A stretch of 64,000 nucleotides of DNA from Neoechinorhynchus agilis (taxonomy: Eukaryota; Animalia; Acanthocephala). Position 1 is the first letter of the stretch. Each line of letters begins with the position of its first letter. This document shows positions 11,548-24,419 of the stretch, piece after piece. The stretch lies in assembly GCA_051530055.1 (NCBI GenBank), contig CM121342.1:8155412-8219411 (forward strand). The letters are read 5' to 3'. A model generated the notes under the pieces. It saw only the letters and a list, made by a program, of their open reading frames with translations. It did not search any database and had not been told where the DNA came from. Made by a program: the position numbers and the translations under genes.

Positions 11548-13282
11548 CTTGAAATTAAAGACGAAAAGATCGGAAATGCTTTTTTGTGGTCACGAGAGTC
11601 GTAATCGCAGTTCGAATTTTTTTAGTGCGATTCTGAAATGTTCAATGGTTGTTTTGAGCAGAGATTTAATTTTCGTACAAGAATTGAATTTTACGTACGG
11701 AGGAGTTTAGCTATTTTCAAAAATCAAACTGAAAAAACTTGCAAACAATGATTGAGAAGGAGGCTGAGGCCTTGAAAACTCCCAATGAAGAGTTCAATAA
11801 AACTCGAATGTGTTACAATTCGCCATAGAGAATACACATCCATTCGAAGGAACAATTGGATAGAATCAAACTTTTTAGATTCGAGGAACGAATTTCACAA
11901 GAATCATCAAATCTTAATTATAAAAAGTCAGCAAAAAAGATCCAAAAACGACAAATCCGGAATTCAAAGTCTAAACGAAGGATTGTCCCTTGCGTCGATT
12001 AAGAGCGCCAAATTAATAAGGACGCGCTAATTACGAAGTTAAGGAATAAAATAATCAGCTTTAAATCAATAAGAATTAAAGATTTATAGTATTAAAATGG
12101 CGTTTAACTTAAAAGTCGACGAATTAAGGAGCTCGGTTTCGCTTTTTAATATTAAAACAATGACTTTTTAATATTGTTCCGAATTTATTATCTTTCGAAT
12201 GTCCGCGGTAAAGTCATAAAAAAAGGCGAATCAAACCTGAAATTTGTTAAAATCAATCGCTGACAATTTCTTTATCAAGAATTGCAATTGATTTTTTTAT
12301 AGAGTAATCAAAATGTTTAGTTTTATTGAAAACTAAGAATTTATATTCTGTCGAGTTTAAGATTTCTCAATCGTGTAAATCTAATAAGAGATCAGAAGAA
12401 CGCAAAAAGATTTGAATGATCTGCAGTGTTCTCAAGTTTTCTCACCTTCGATGTTTTTAGAATTGAACAAGTATCGATTCCACTCAGAAAATGAGCGAAT
12501 GAAAGAAGAAATGAGAATTTCGAACAACATTTCCGACGGATGCCGTTGAGCTTTTTCTTTAAAATGGATCGGTTAATCAGGAATAGCCAATAATTCATTT
12601 TAAAAGAAGAAAAATTCAGATGGTAGAATGAACGAATTCCGAGACAATATCTAACGATAAATTCGTAATTTTTATCGTTTGTCAAATCGCAGATTTCATC
12701 GAAATTTCGAAACGGGCAAAATGATAGAATTAGGCCGAAGATCAATCGAAGAAGGTTAATGAACTTCTCTCCATGATTTACTATTCGGTTTTTCTTTAAA
12801 TTTTCGGCAAGATCGCGCCGAACTTAAGGCTCCACAAATTAAATCCTCTGAAATTTTAAAACTATTACAATATATTTCGAATCCTACGAAAAAAACGTTA
12901 CTTTCTCACGAATCGGTTCTTTTTTGTGGCATTAAGGAACAACATTGCAACTTCTGATTTGTTGGCATTTGAATTCAAATTCGCAGCCGAAACGAAAATC
13001 CACCAGCAAAAGCATCGCCACATTGAACGGATTGCCGTTGCGGGACAAAGACGCTCTACCAATAATTTAGTATTGACATTTTTAATTACCTTGAAATATA
13101 TTAAAAGTCCGAACTGACCACTTGAGTTTCTAAGGCTAACGGATCCGGTCCTTGACGTTACCCTTGACTTAAATTTCACGCCAAAACACAAGTCTAATTT
13201 GAAGCAGTTTCCTAAACAGACTTGGTGGCTTTCAGGTGTAAAAGCGACTGAGCACTGCATTTTCATGCTTATATTTTGTTTG

Positions 13283-13380
13283 GTGATTTAGTGATTCCCT
13301 TTAACAATAATACGTCCGTCTCGTCGGACTACTTCAGGTCAAAAAGGTAAGTCAGATTGACTTTATCCTGAGTTTTAGCC
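13283..13380 (+). repeat. Truncated dispersed copy of the palindromic element at 45907-46088
   Basis: 13313-13357 is 36/45 identical to the reverse complement of about 46001-46045, and continues with a similar loop, TTG(A)CTTTATCCTGA. Confidence 0.75.
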
Positions 13381-14477
13381 TATAATCTGCCTTATTTGAC
13401 TGGAATGTGTCTCGAAAGTCAATGTACATTTCCAGTACAAGCGATAGTGAACTTCCAAATTGCGATCCAGATTGCTTAAATAGTTAAAGATAAATTCCAT
13501 AAGAATGTGGCGACCGGGAAAAATTATATCAAAGAATGATTGAAATATTTCATCATTAACAGAAATCAGAAGCGTTTGCGCAATATTATCGTTGTCCTAA
13601 ACGATCAACTCTTTTCATCGTTTATTTTACGGCACCAATGCTATCGTCATTATTCACTCCAAAGAAGCTTAAGCCTATTTTGCTTTAAAAAAGGTATCCT
13701 TTAGAGTCCCCATTCATCAAATTTACGCATCAACATAATCTAAGATCCTCAACCCAATGAAGTACTGAAGTGAAAGGTTGATTCTTCAAACGTAGTGTAG
13801 TCGTGTCTTCATTGGAAGGTCGCATATCGAGAAAGATGGGAAATTTTCAGCGTTCCGCCTCCAGCTGATTAAAATGAATCTGGTTTTATCATTCTAACGA
13901 CAGAAGTGTTTCTTTGGTGAAATGACGAGCATCGATAAACTTTTCAAATCCGCTGGATAAGCGTCTTGGAATTACCCGTGTTATATTCGTGATCTTAGTA
14001 TCTAGCAATCCGTACACATCACTGCCGCTGTTCTTTGTGAAAGCATGACAATAAGAGACTCAATTTGTAGATAATGGAGCTTAGGTTTTGCTTCTAATCT
14101 AAATGCTATTACCGCAGCTACCATTGATACCATCGTGGAAGTTGCTCCGAAACTCTTTGCATATGTTCCTATCAGTCCAATCGTCTATATTCCGTCGCAT
14201 TTTTTTTAATAAATTGCGGCTTTGAGGAATTCCTGCAGTAATGATAGAGCTACGACGAAATTATAATAATAATAACACGTTTTATTTGTTGATCCACAAA
14301 GAAAAGGACCCATGTCCCTATGGGTCCCCGTAAATACTCGAGTTCTGATTGGACTTTCGGTCCTCATAAATACTCGTGTGCCCCTATTATCATGCTTCTC
14401 GTTTCTCAGCAAGGTAAACAAGATCCGCAAGGAAGAAATAACCAATGCTAGTTAGTCTTTTACTCATTTAATTGTCG

Positions 14478-15057
14478 ACATCAAATCATTCACACCACTG
14501 CTCTGCATCACTCAACTGTCGTCCTGGTGTAACGGTCGAAAGGACGGATGCAGCGTTCCCTTCCGTTACATAGCCAGACTTATGTTTTGTAGGAGGAATG
14601 CTCCTGATCTCGGATCGCCAGTGATTCGTCTGAGTCTCTTGGAAAATCGATTGACCAGGTCTTGCGCCGCGGTACCAGACGGCCCGAGTGTCTCGACGTC
14701 AAAGGGAACAAAATAATGGTTTCGACTCAGGTCCCTGTATTTAATCTTTTTTGCGGTTCTCAGCAGCGGTTGCCGCTCTCCCTGGTTTAATAGTGACGAA
14801 TTTTATGTTGCTGGCTGCGAGCGTGTCCACGAACGTGGCGTCCCCGAGAAGGCATTTTCCTCCCCTGGCCACGGGAATACTGCGACACCGCCCGGTCAAT
14901 GGTCATCAAGTCGACAAAGACTGCTCGGCCCTAGGATGTTGGGCGCATTCACAGTATTCAGGACAAGGCTAAGTGAATTGCGTTCACTTCGGAATGTTTT
15001 ACTTTCCGAATGAGTTGCGACAGGCGGAACCAATGCGTTCCAATAGCTCCACGCAAC
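14478..15057 (-). mobile_element. 3' fragment of CRE-like retrotransposon (restriction-like endonuclease end and 3' UTR)
   Basis: Minus strand reads GKCLLGDATFVDTLAAS...HYFVPFDVETLGP...TGDPRSGAFLLQNISLA; near-identical in part to 25350-25650. Confidence 0.85.
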
Positions 15058-15962
15058 TATGCGGATGATATATTTCTATTTTGTAAAGCTAGAACATCTT
15101 CAATCCTAACTGATAATATAGCTAATTTTATGAATTCTTTGTCTTCGGAACTTAGGAAAGTCAATCTGGTTGTAAATAGTAACAAAACTTTCTTTATTCC
15201 ACTTACTAAAACCTTGATATCGAGGAAGATTCTAATTAATGAATTAGCATCTAATTTAAATTTCCTTAACATCAACTTTAGATCACATTCCAGGATTTTA
15301 GATGTAGACTTCCCTTGTAACAATCATAGATTTTTTATTAACTCTTCCGTTAAAAGTCTATTGGCAAAAACAGTTATCTTCATCAAAAGAGCAAAAAATC
15401 TCTCCATCCCTTCTCTTTTTATCTTTAAAATTTTAAAAATCTTTTTAGGGGGTTCTATTTGCTTTTTCGCACGAGGCCGGTCCCCTGAAAATAATCTTTC
15501 ATTTTATCGTACCTTGCTAAATAAGCTCAGTAATATTCTCCTTAGAAATAATATAGATATGGAACTCCTTTTTGCCTTTTTAACAAGATTTTTTTGTCTA
15601 AAATCTGGTTTTCTCTAATCTTAATTCTATCTGTAAATATTTTAAATACAACTCTTCAATTCTTACAATCTTTTACAATAACTCTTCTAGTTTTTTACCC
15701 ATTAATTCCACTAATCTATTAAACAGGAAAGAGGTAAGTGATTTCTCTACGCTCTTATCTCTTTTACAGGCTCGGGATAGGAAAAGGATAAATATTAATA
15801 GATAATAAAAGAGGGTACTCGAGGCTGCTGTGAGATATTTAAGAGATCGTCCTTCAACTCACAGTTGTCTTAGGCCCGGGACATGCTGGAGCGCATAAAC
15901 TAAAGAACTGAGGCACTGATTTGTGTGTTTGTTTGTATGAGGCGTGAGTTTTAATAATAATA
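15058..15962 (+). mobile_element. 5'-truncated LINE: RT C-terminal part starting at YADD, 3' UTR, (TAA)n tail
   Basis: YADDIFLF...LVVNSNKTFF; the segment ICFFARGRSPENNLSF is homologous to LVFYSRGRPPEQRLKF at 49829-50080; ends TTTTAATAATAATAA. Confidence 0.7.
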
Positions 15963-16829
15963 ACATCAATCAATTTTCTACCATTTAGCATTCAGTCCGG
16001 TTTCCATCTTCATTTAATGACAAGGAAGGTTTTTGTGGATCGAACCCTTCCTCGTTTAAAATCACGATAATCTTCTCTCGGTCTTTCACAGTCAATAGTC
16101 CACTGACTTCAACATTTCAAGAAGCCTCCTATTGTGCATAACTATGAAACTTATGTATATATTTTATAATAAATCCAAATCTTTGTTGGAAATCGTCTCC
16201 AAAGAAAAGATTCCAAACTTGTTCGTATTGAAGTCTTGCTTATTAGTCATCTTGATTGCTTCTTTTATAAACAATTTTACAGAATAGAATTATTATTCTG
16301 AAGGTCGTAGTCCGGCATTTTATGTTTCGCCTACAATCAACACAGAACCACTCCGCGAACCTTTAGCATCAGTAAACCTAAATTCTTGTTTTCACACAGA
16401 GCGATTCCGCCTTTTATTTGAAGAATTGGTACTTTAGATAATAAGAGGACCAAGAAAATTTGAAATACTCACAAAGCATTTCGACATTCTTTTGTTTTGT
16501 AGCTTGGAAAATTACGAGACGATCTGAGTCATTTTCCAAGGACGACAAATATGGAGGTGAAATAGATGACTAAACGACCTTGAATTTTGTTTAATCTTTA
16601 AGGCAAACAGATTAGTCGAAAGCTAATAAAATCTTTACCCACACTTACGTTTCTCCCTTCTGAAATAAAGCAATGCACGCTCACTTTTTTCGGCTTTTCA
16701 TGTTTTAAAACAGAAATGCACCAGCGAATAAAGAAAAATTGATCTTAAGAGCCACAAATTTTGCTCATGCTTGAATTTTCGGTGACTGTACAAAATGAGA
16801 ACGGAGCAACTTTACTTTCAGTTCAAAGA

Positions 16830-17445
16830 AACTCGCAGTGTCCTTAAGACTTGGTCTCTGCCCCATCGCTGTCGATGTGGGACTTTGGTTGATGCTTTCG
16901 GTCGACACGGTCTCGTTCGCCGAAATTCAGGAAGAAGATTCTCACGCCATTCTGAAATCAATAGCGTAATTTCTTGGGCGTTGAGAACGGCGAACTTCCC
17001 GAACATCCTGGAACCCGCCCACCTTTGTCGATTAGACGGCCGTAGGCCCGATGGAATTTCGGTCTTTCCGTTGCGGGAGGGCAAATGCCTTCTCTCGGAC
17101 GCTACGTGTTTGGATACCCTCGCAACCAACAACATCCCCTACTCTCTCGAAATCCCTGAAGGTTCAGCCAGTGCAGCGGAAGGGATGAGATTCGAAAATA
17201 TAGGGATTTAGCAAGGGCGTACTATTTTGTCCCCTTCGGAGTAGAGACGTATGGAGCGCTTGGCAGTTCGGCACTCACTCTGCTCCAGGATCTCGAAGAA
17301 ATAGAGAGAAACGACCGGCGATGCACGAGCGGGTGTATTCCTTCGACAAAATATCTCCCTCGCAGTACAACGAGGCAATGCTGCAAGCGTGATAGCGACA
17401 GCCGAGGAAGGAGAGAAGCTAAGATTTTGCGGACGGTGGTGATTG
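16830..17445 (+). mobile_element. 3' fragment of CRE-like retrotransposon (zinc knuckle plus RLE)
   Basis: HRCRCG...GRHGL, RRPDGISVFP...GKCLLSDATCLDTLA, and QNISLAVQRGNAASV. Confidence 0.88.
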
Positions 17446-20400
17446 CACGTTTTGTACTTTATTATGTTATGATTAAAAAAGAAACTTAGAATGCTAATTT
17501 AATTTTTCGGAAGATCATAGGAAGTGAAAATCAGCATAGGCGCTACTGGAAACTTTACCCGTTTTTTGAATTTCAGACCGAGTTCGTTATTCAAGCGCCC
17601 ATCATTTGAAAGGTATTCTTAAACTTAGTCCAAATTACAGAAGTTCCTAACTCAATAAAATATCGAACCATAAAAGAAAATTTTCGAAGAAATCCTAATT
17701 GGTTTTTGTGGTAAAATAAATTTAAATAAGTGATCTATCACGAGTCTCTAAGAATCAGGAAATCACTGAGCTCACTCATTTTGCGTTCACTAATTAAGTT
17801 TTAATTCAGCATGGGTAAAGATTAAGGGAAATTGCAGCAAGAAAGTTCTTTTTTCGTTCTTTTAAGATAAACAGAGCAACAAGATTTTAATGTCACGTGT
17901 ACATTTATTAATACATGAAAGATGCGATAGCGAGACGTGGTTGTTACATTTCGAAAATATAAAACATTTTTCCAAAATGATTCATGATTGGATGATTGTC
18001 GATACAATTTAGGTACGCTATAATTTTATTTGTCGCGTTTTCTTCGCAGTCTCCTAAATTTATTATATTATAAGAGAACCTGAGCACTAAAGTGGAACGC
18101 CGTTTATCATCCGCGAATTAATTGGAACCGGAAATTATTCGGATACTAGATTCTTTTCAGAAAAACCCAAACCCCAATGTGATTTATACAGTTTTTTAAG
18201 CTAAACTTCAAATATCAAAGTTCTTAACACTTTGGGAGAAGTGATTTTCTAAAAACCACAACTTGGGAAAAGACTCACTTATTTTTTTGTCTGTATCCCA
18301 TTACACACCTTCTTTTTAGTTGAGTAGGACAGCAATTCGGATAATCAAAGTTTCGGATAATCGAAGTTTCAGTGTAACTTCCCAACCAGTTTTTGCATTA
18401 TAAATGTTGCACTGTTGCTTCGGAAATCCGGCCTTAAAGGTTACCTTTGCCATATCAGCCTAAATAGGATCAAAGCTCGACAAAAAACCATTTGAAATAT
18501 AAAATCTTTGTATTTAGCATGTAGAATACTAAAATGCCATTTCGCGACAATGCCTCCTCGGGACATCCAGTCAGTCTGTCGCATTATAGGAGATCGCGGA
18601 TAAATTAACTCGGTTTAGCATATCACGTCAACGAATCGGATTTCAAAGTCAGAGAAATCACCACTGAGCTTTCTTGTTCGCTAAATTCTCTAGTGAACGA
18701 TCTATAAATACTGATTGGACATTGCACTCCCTCTGGGATATTGTCCTCGACATGTGTCAGACAATACATTAGCGCGACACGATGAAGCGCCATCGACGAT
18801 AGCAATTATATTCTACGGTCCATTTGAAATGTAAAAGCTAATAAACAGGAATACCTGCTAGCTCACAACCGAACACAAATCCATTTTCATTACTATAAAT
18901 GGTTTTAATGTCCGACGTAAATTACGTTCAGTGTAGATCAAAATGTATTTAATAATACGATTAAAAAGTTTGAGCCTATACATTTAAGTCAATTGAGAAA
19001 GGACTGGACAATCATTGCGATCGAAATTCACATGAAATACATCGGCGGATTCACGTGAGCAGTCCCATGAACGATGAAGCGTGTAGAACAAATAACCCAA
19101 TCGGTCTTCAAAAATAACTTTGTCTCAAAAATTTACAATCCAATAATTTAGTTCTTCGCAGTGAACTTTTAGGGGATCCGCTGTAGCATTACACCCACTT
19201 TATCTTCAAAAATGCTTAATAAACTCTAAAAATATATTATTTGTGTTAATCCGCATTAAGAGTAGTAGAGACCCTTAAAAAATAAAAACAAACTCGTATT
19301 TTCTAAGCGGTAGTTTGCTCGTGGATAGACCACAAACGTTAGAGATTTGATATCATTAGGTGTACCGTTACTAAAGACATCATCGAAGCTGTCTAATCAA
19401 AGACTTTATGCGTGTCAGACTTTGCCACAGAAACTCTCGTCGTCTTCCAAGACTACAAGGAAACTAATGGTATCGTCCTTGACGGATCGAAGTCGTCTTC
19501 TTACTTCTGCATCTATTGAATGAAAATATTTTAAGGGAAAAAATTCGTGAAATTCTCCATTGGCAGTGGAATTCGAAATTTCCCACCGGCTTACCGTTTA
19601 AATTTACTCTACAAATTTTTTTTAGAAATTAAACTTTTATTTGTAGAACATAAGAAAGTACAAAACGTGCAATCACCACCGTCTGCAAAATTGGAGCTTT
19701 TCCAGACGATGTTACACGATATGATCGTTCCTTTTTATCAAGTGATCATTTTAAAAGCGATTTTTCTAGTGGAAGCCAAAATGAGCGCTTTTCACTCACA
19801 AACACCCAATAATCGAATAGTTCCAACCGTCTGATTTTAGACAAAAGAAAATCGTGAAGAACAACATCTTCAATGGAGAGGAAGATTGAACATCTTGGTA
19901 TCGAGCGAAAACGAGCAAACGCAAAAATCATATGTAAACGTCGTTCAAAAAAATGCAAATGTGATAACAACCATGCATGTGACAGTCCAACAAAAAAACC
20001 CTTTTTAAAAAGAAAGGTGAGTCTTTTTTCGGGTTGCCGTGCTTAAATCTGCATCAGTGGTGTGTTCAAGGATCGAAGCCAATATTGTGAGACGAAATCA
20101 ATTTTTTCTTGACGGATTGATAAAATTTGTTGTTTTGGTCGTCGACCGGCAGAGAACGTTTTATAAAAGAAACAAACTGAAGATGAACTCGACGAAGTTC
20201 GATACTTCTTTAATAAATCGTTCGCCACAGGGTGAAAACCTGAATAACAAATTTAATCAATCAACCCAATACCTCAAATATTGACATTTCTTGACGGATT
20301 GAATATATGATCAACAATTGAAGGTGTTCCCAACATCGTCGAAAGAAATTCGCCCATTTTTTAAAGAGAAGTCCAACTCATGACGTTCAAAAACCTTTAA

Positions 20401-21487
20401 GCACTGCCTTACGTTAAGCTGCTTTATTGTTTCAGTTCGAAAGTTACGATACTTAAGGTTATGATAATTCTAAATTTAAAATCGTTGTAATTATTCTGCG
20501 GTCGATCATCACCACCCGAGAGAGATCGTTAAATTAAATTCAAATTATTAGCAAATGATCACTTTAGCGATATTTCTCGGGTGTCATGGACCGACTAAAA
20601 TATTAATGTTTAAAATTTAATTTCTCTTTTGCTGTCTTGTAAAGTCAATCGATAAAATCATCAAAAATGTTTTGTTGAAATATTTCGAGTACCCGAATGC
20701 AATCCTGAACGATAAAGTCGTTAATATAAATCTATAAATAGCAAGAACAAAAGGTCCTATTAAAGGTCATTTAGTTTTTGTCCGTTTGTTTCTAGGTACA
20801 ATTCGAGCGAAATTTTAAACTGCGAAAACGAAGAACCCAAAAAAGCGTCCAAAATTATCGGCCCCGGAACGGAATTAAGTTTCAAATGTTTATCGAGAAC
20901 ATTGGTGACTGAGAACATCCGAGAGAATTGCCGTCTTTCATTGTGACGACTAATATGGAAAATGATTAAAGTTGAAACGCCCCGTTGATTTTACGATTTC
21001 CAATAGATTCTGCGATGAAATTATTCTTAAAAATTTCAAATTAAAATGGTGTCGTCCACAAATTTCCCCTTTTTCAGAAAAAGACCGATTCTGTATTAAA
21101 AACCGAAATCAGAGCTTCAAAAAAAAGACCTTATACGATCCAATGCTTAATTGTTGTTGTGTCAAGTACTCCCTTCAATACAATTGAGAGATGAAGCAAA
21201 ATATTTTCCGATTTGTTCGTTGTTTAATCTGGTTATAATATTAGATCCCGACGAGACGGTTCTTTATGAAATTGGATAAGGAAATAACGGCTCGGTGCTT
21301 TGTTCTTAAACAATTTCGGAACGCCATTTACTCTAAGGATTTAAATAGCTCTTTTGTCTGTCTTTCTGGAGAATCAGACAAAACAAATTTTGTACTCTTT
21401 TGACGATTGAGGGCTTTTTAGGCCCAGTTTGACTTACTTTGCTATTTTGGTATTGCGCTTATATAAAAAATGGATTTTGTTTAAAGA

Positions 21488-21726
21488 GAAACCCACTCCT
21501 GGTTCTCGTAGATAGTCCAATCTTTTAAAAACACAAAGAGCTCGGCCTCCAATGGGCTTTATTCCAACTACCATCCCAAATTTCGTTTTGAACAAAAGTG
21601 AACAACGAAACCCACTCCTGGTTCTCGTAGATAATCGAATCTTTTAAAAGCACAAAGAACTCGCTCTCCAATGGACTGTATTTCGACTGCCCTCTCAAAT
21701 TTTGGTTTTGAAGAAAGGTGAACAAC
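21488..21726. repeat. Two-copy tandem duplication, period 119 bp, upstream of Cdh1
   Basis: ACCCACTCCTGGTTCTCGTAGATA at 21491 and 21610. Confidence 0.85.
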
Positions 21727-21916
21727 ATTGAGCATCCGTTTCAACGCTTCGGCAGGTGTGCTTTATATCAAAACCGACCGCCTGTACAAAATCACCGCGT
21801 ATACAAATACCTCATTGATGTAGAACGTCGGTAAAAGTTATACCGTTTATCCGTAATCCGGTTTTCCCTCCCGACACTTCTCTCTCGTATAGCGATCACC
21901 TTCTACGACTAAAACC

Positions 21917-23956
21917 ATGAAAAAGTCGGCGGTTTCAGAAAAGGAAACAATGGACACTAACCGGACACGGGAGAGGTCTCCATCGACGACGAATTCCACC
22001 ACAGATAATCCAGCTAAATCTGATAACCCAATTGACCAACATAACGAATGGAATCCACTGTTGACGTCTTGTATGAAATCATTGAAGTCTCAATCGTTTT
22101 CCAAATTCAGTGATTATCGATTTTTACCGACCAGAAATACTTCAGTCAGCATTTCATGGACCGATCAGTCAAAAGATGATATTGGAATAGCTTCATGGAC
22201 CGGAATGTGTCGAGCGATTAAAACTCCGTACATTCCTCCAAGTATGAAGACCAAATACATTAATAATCAGAAACGAAAATCTCAAACTCAAGGCGAACAA
22301 CCGATCCACCAGCCGGTAAAGCTGACTCGGATGATTGATCCGTCGATGCTTTTACCGTATTTCAACAATCATAATCGACATGCATCTCCAACTTTGGACG
22401 ACGTAACTCCTGTCAGTCCAACTAGAACAGTTGGAGTTACTCGTGATCCCGTTCCCGCAAATGTCAACACATACGAGACAGTCTTGGGGAATGAACTTTT
22501 AGGAAGTGAGGTTGAAGTCAAAGAAAACCTTAGTCCCAACACTGGGATTCTTCAAAACCCTGAGAGTGTGTACAACAGCAGTCATCAGTCTATTCTGGAC
22601 TATTCTTCACCTCTAACTCAACCAAAGCCTGACAAACGCGAGCAGTGGATGGAGTTTCGGAAAGAGCTTGAGGGAACCGGTGATTTTGGAATCACGCAGA
22701 CCAGTCGGAGCTTGATGAATTCTACTTCAGACTTGCATCGATCTCGAAGAACTGTTCAAAAGACACCTTACAAAGTATTGGACGCGCCTGATCTTATGGA
22801 CGATTTCTATTTATCCTTAGTGGATTGGTCCAAAGACAATCTTCTTGCGGTTGGACTCAAGCAGCGAGTGTACTTGTGGAACGCAGCAACCAGTGCTGTA
22901 ACAAAATTAGAAGAACTCGTGAGTGACGCCGTCACTTCTTTAAGTTGGAGCCAGTACCAATGTGGGGGTGATGCCAAATATTTAGCCGTCGGTACCCGTG
23001 CAGGATCTCTACAGATTTGGGATGTCCAGGCTAAAAAGAGAGTCACACAATACGACGATCCAAATAGGACTAGTAATTCCAGCCGAGTTGGCGTAATTGC
23101 ATGGAACCAATGGCTCGTATGTTCGGGATCGCGTGACCGGCACATTACCATCTACGATTTTCGGTGCCGTGACTATTGCATGGACGTTCCTTCTGTTTCA
23201 CGCAGTCGTCGTTGTCGCCTGAAAGGAAGTTACGTCGATCTAACAGGACACGTTCAAGAGGTTTGCGGCTTAAAATGGTCTCCGGACCATGATATGCTCG
23301 CTTCTGGTGGGAACGACAACAAAGTATTGATTAGAAGTCTTCGAAACCTTAAAGACCCTCTTCATTTCTTAATAGGCCACAGTGCAGCTGTAAAAGCGAT
23401 GGATTGGAGTCCACATAAGCATGCTCTTTTGGCGACTGGAGGAGGTACTGCCGATCGGACAATTCGGTTCTGGAACTGTTTGACCGGACACATGGTCCAC
23501 ACCGTCGATACCGGTAGTCAAGTATGCAACATAGCATGGTCCGAACATTCAAACGAGTTCGTATCGACTCATGGGTATAGCCAGAATGAAATCATCCTTT
23601 GGAAATATCCCACTCTTCGTCAGACTACCCGATTTAATGGACATTCTTTTCGAGTTCTTTACCTTGCAAAATCACCAGACGGACGATCGATAGTGACCGG
23701 CGCTGGAGATGAGACTCTTCGATTCTGGCGCATTTTTGGTGGAGTTCGAGACAATTTATCAAACATGTCCGGAGGCCAACCGGACCCGATTCTGAACGAC
23801 CGGTCAGTTCTCTTTGATGAAGGAGCCGCAAACACATACCGAGTTCAACATCCTGAATACGGCCAGAGTGATTCTCTTATTACAAGCGCGGCTCTGAGAA
23901 CGAGAATTGGAATCAGGGATGCACTGCATCAAGAGGGATTCATTCCGAGCCGATAG
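21917..23956 (+). CDS. FZR1: APC/C coactivator Cdh1 / fizzy-related, intronless, 679 aa
   Basis: PYKVLDAPDLMDDFYLSLVDWS, QEVCGLKWSPDH..LASGGNDN, GGGTADRTIRFWN, STHGYSQN and SPDGRSIVTGAGDETLRFW are Cdh1-type WD40 signatures; C-box-like RFLPTR in the N-terminus. Confidence 0.93.
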   Translation: MKKSAVSEKETMDTNRTRERSPSTTNSTTDNPAKSDNPIDQHNEWNPLLTSCMKSLKSQSFSKFSDYRFLPTRNTSVSISWTDQSKDDIGIASWTGMCRAIKTPYIPPSMKTKYINNQKRKSQTQGEQPIHQPVKLTRMIDPSMLLPYFNNHNRHASPTLDDVTPVSPTRTVGVTRDPVPANVNTYETVLGNELLGSEVEVKENLSPNTGILQNPESVYNSSHQSILDYSSPLTQPKPDKREQWMEFRKELEGTGDFGITQTSRSLMNSTSDLHRSRRTVQKTPYKVLDAPDLMDDFYLSLVDWSKDNLLAVGLKQRVYLWNAATSAVTKLEELVSDAVTSLSWSQYQCGGDAKYLAVGTRAGSLQIWDVQAKKRVTQYDDPNRTSNSSRVGVIAWNQWLVCSGSRDRHITIYDFRCRDYCMDVPSVSRSRRCRLKGSYVDLTGHVQEVCGLKWSPDHDMLASGGNDNKVLIRSLRNLKDPLHFLIGHSAAVKAMDWSPHKHALLATGGGTADRTIRFWNCLTGHMVHTVDTGSQVCNIAWSEHSNEFVSTHGYSQNEIILWKYPTLRQTTRFNGHSFRVLYLAKSPDGRSIVTGAGDETLRFWRIFGGVRDNLSNMSGGQPDPILNDRSVLFDEGAANTYRVQHPEYGQSDSLITSAALRTRIGIRDALHQEGFIPSR

Positions 23957-24419
23957 GCACGGTGAAGCGATTCTGCGTGTGTGGGCGGTGCTGCTCCATT
24001 TCGTGAGTACCCGCGGATGTACAGTGTTGTTAAAATACCCTTCTGCTTCTCATTGATGGCATCTAGTTTAGCCAGCAATCGTAAAAAATGACGACCGTTG
24101 TCGAAAGCACTTTGACGATAATAAAAACCGATCGCGATGTTTTTTTAGTGGTGCCGCAGGGACGAATGTGGAGTTAGTGGATCTCTTAAAACACACACAT
24201 TGACATTAGTATATTACTGCTGTTGGCAAATTTTTAGGTTCAAATTGTTTATAACTGTTAGTTTTGGCTAGAAGTGTCAGAACAGATCTTTTCGATGACA
24301 GTCAGATTAAAAAGTTATTTTAAAAATTTTCAGTGAAAACGGTTCAACGACTATTTTTTGTCCGATTTTTGAAAGCTCGAAACTTGAAAAATGGTTCAAA
24401 GGAACATCATATAACATTT

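Larger units (their letters stand above)
5997..13087. repeat. Inverted segmental duplication, copy 1 (partner 37559-44019)
   Basis: All ORFs are mirrored, with coordinate sums 50016 and 50069. Homology starts at TTCCATTAAAATTAG (5997) and, after a 579-bp gap in copy 2, ends at 13087. Confidence 0.97.

Noticed and set aside
13400-14200. Minus-strand coding-like fragments, one resembling an MFS helix
   Set aside because: Many stops and frame changes; no family assignable by eye.
16150-16420. LFIKEAIKM resembling a Penelope GIY-YIG C-terminus
   Set aside because: The upstream catalytic motifs are not recoverable.
18090-18376. Possible Tigger/pogo-type MITE (CGGATAATCGAAG motif twice, ending CAGTGTA)
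   Set aside because: The left terminus matches too poorly to define TIRs.
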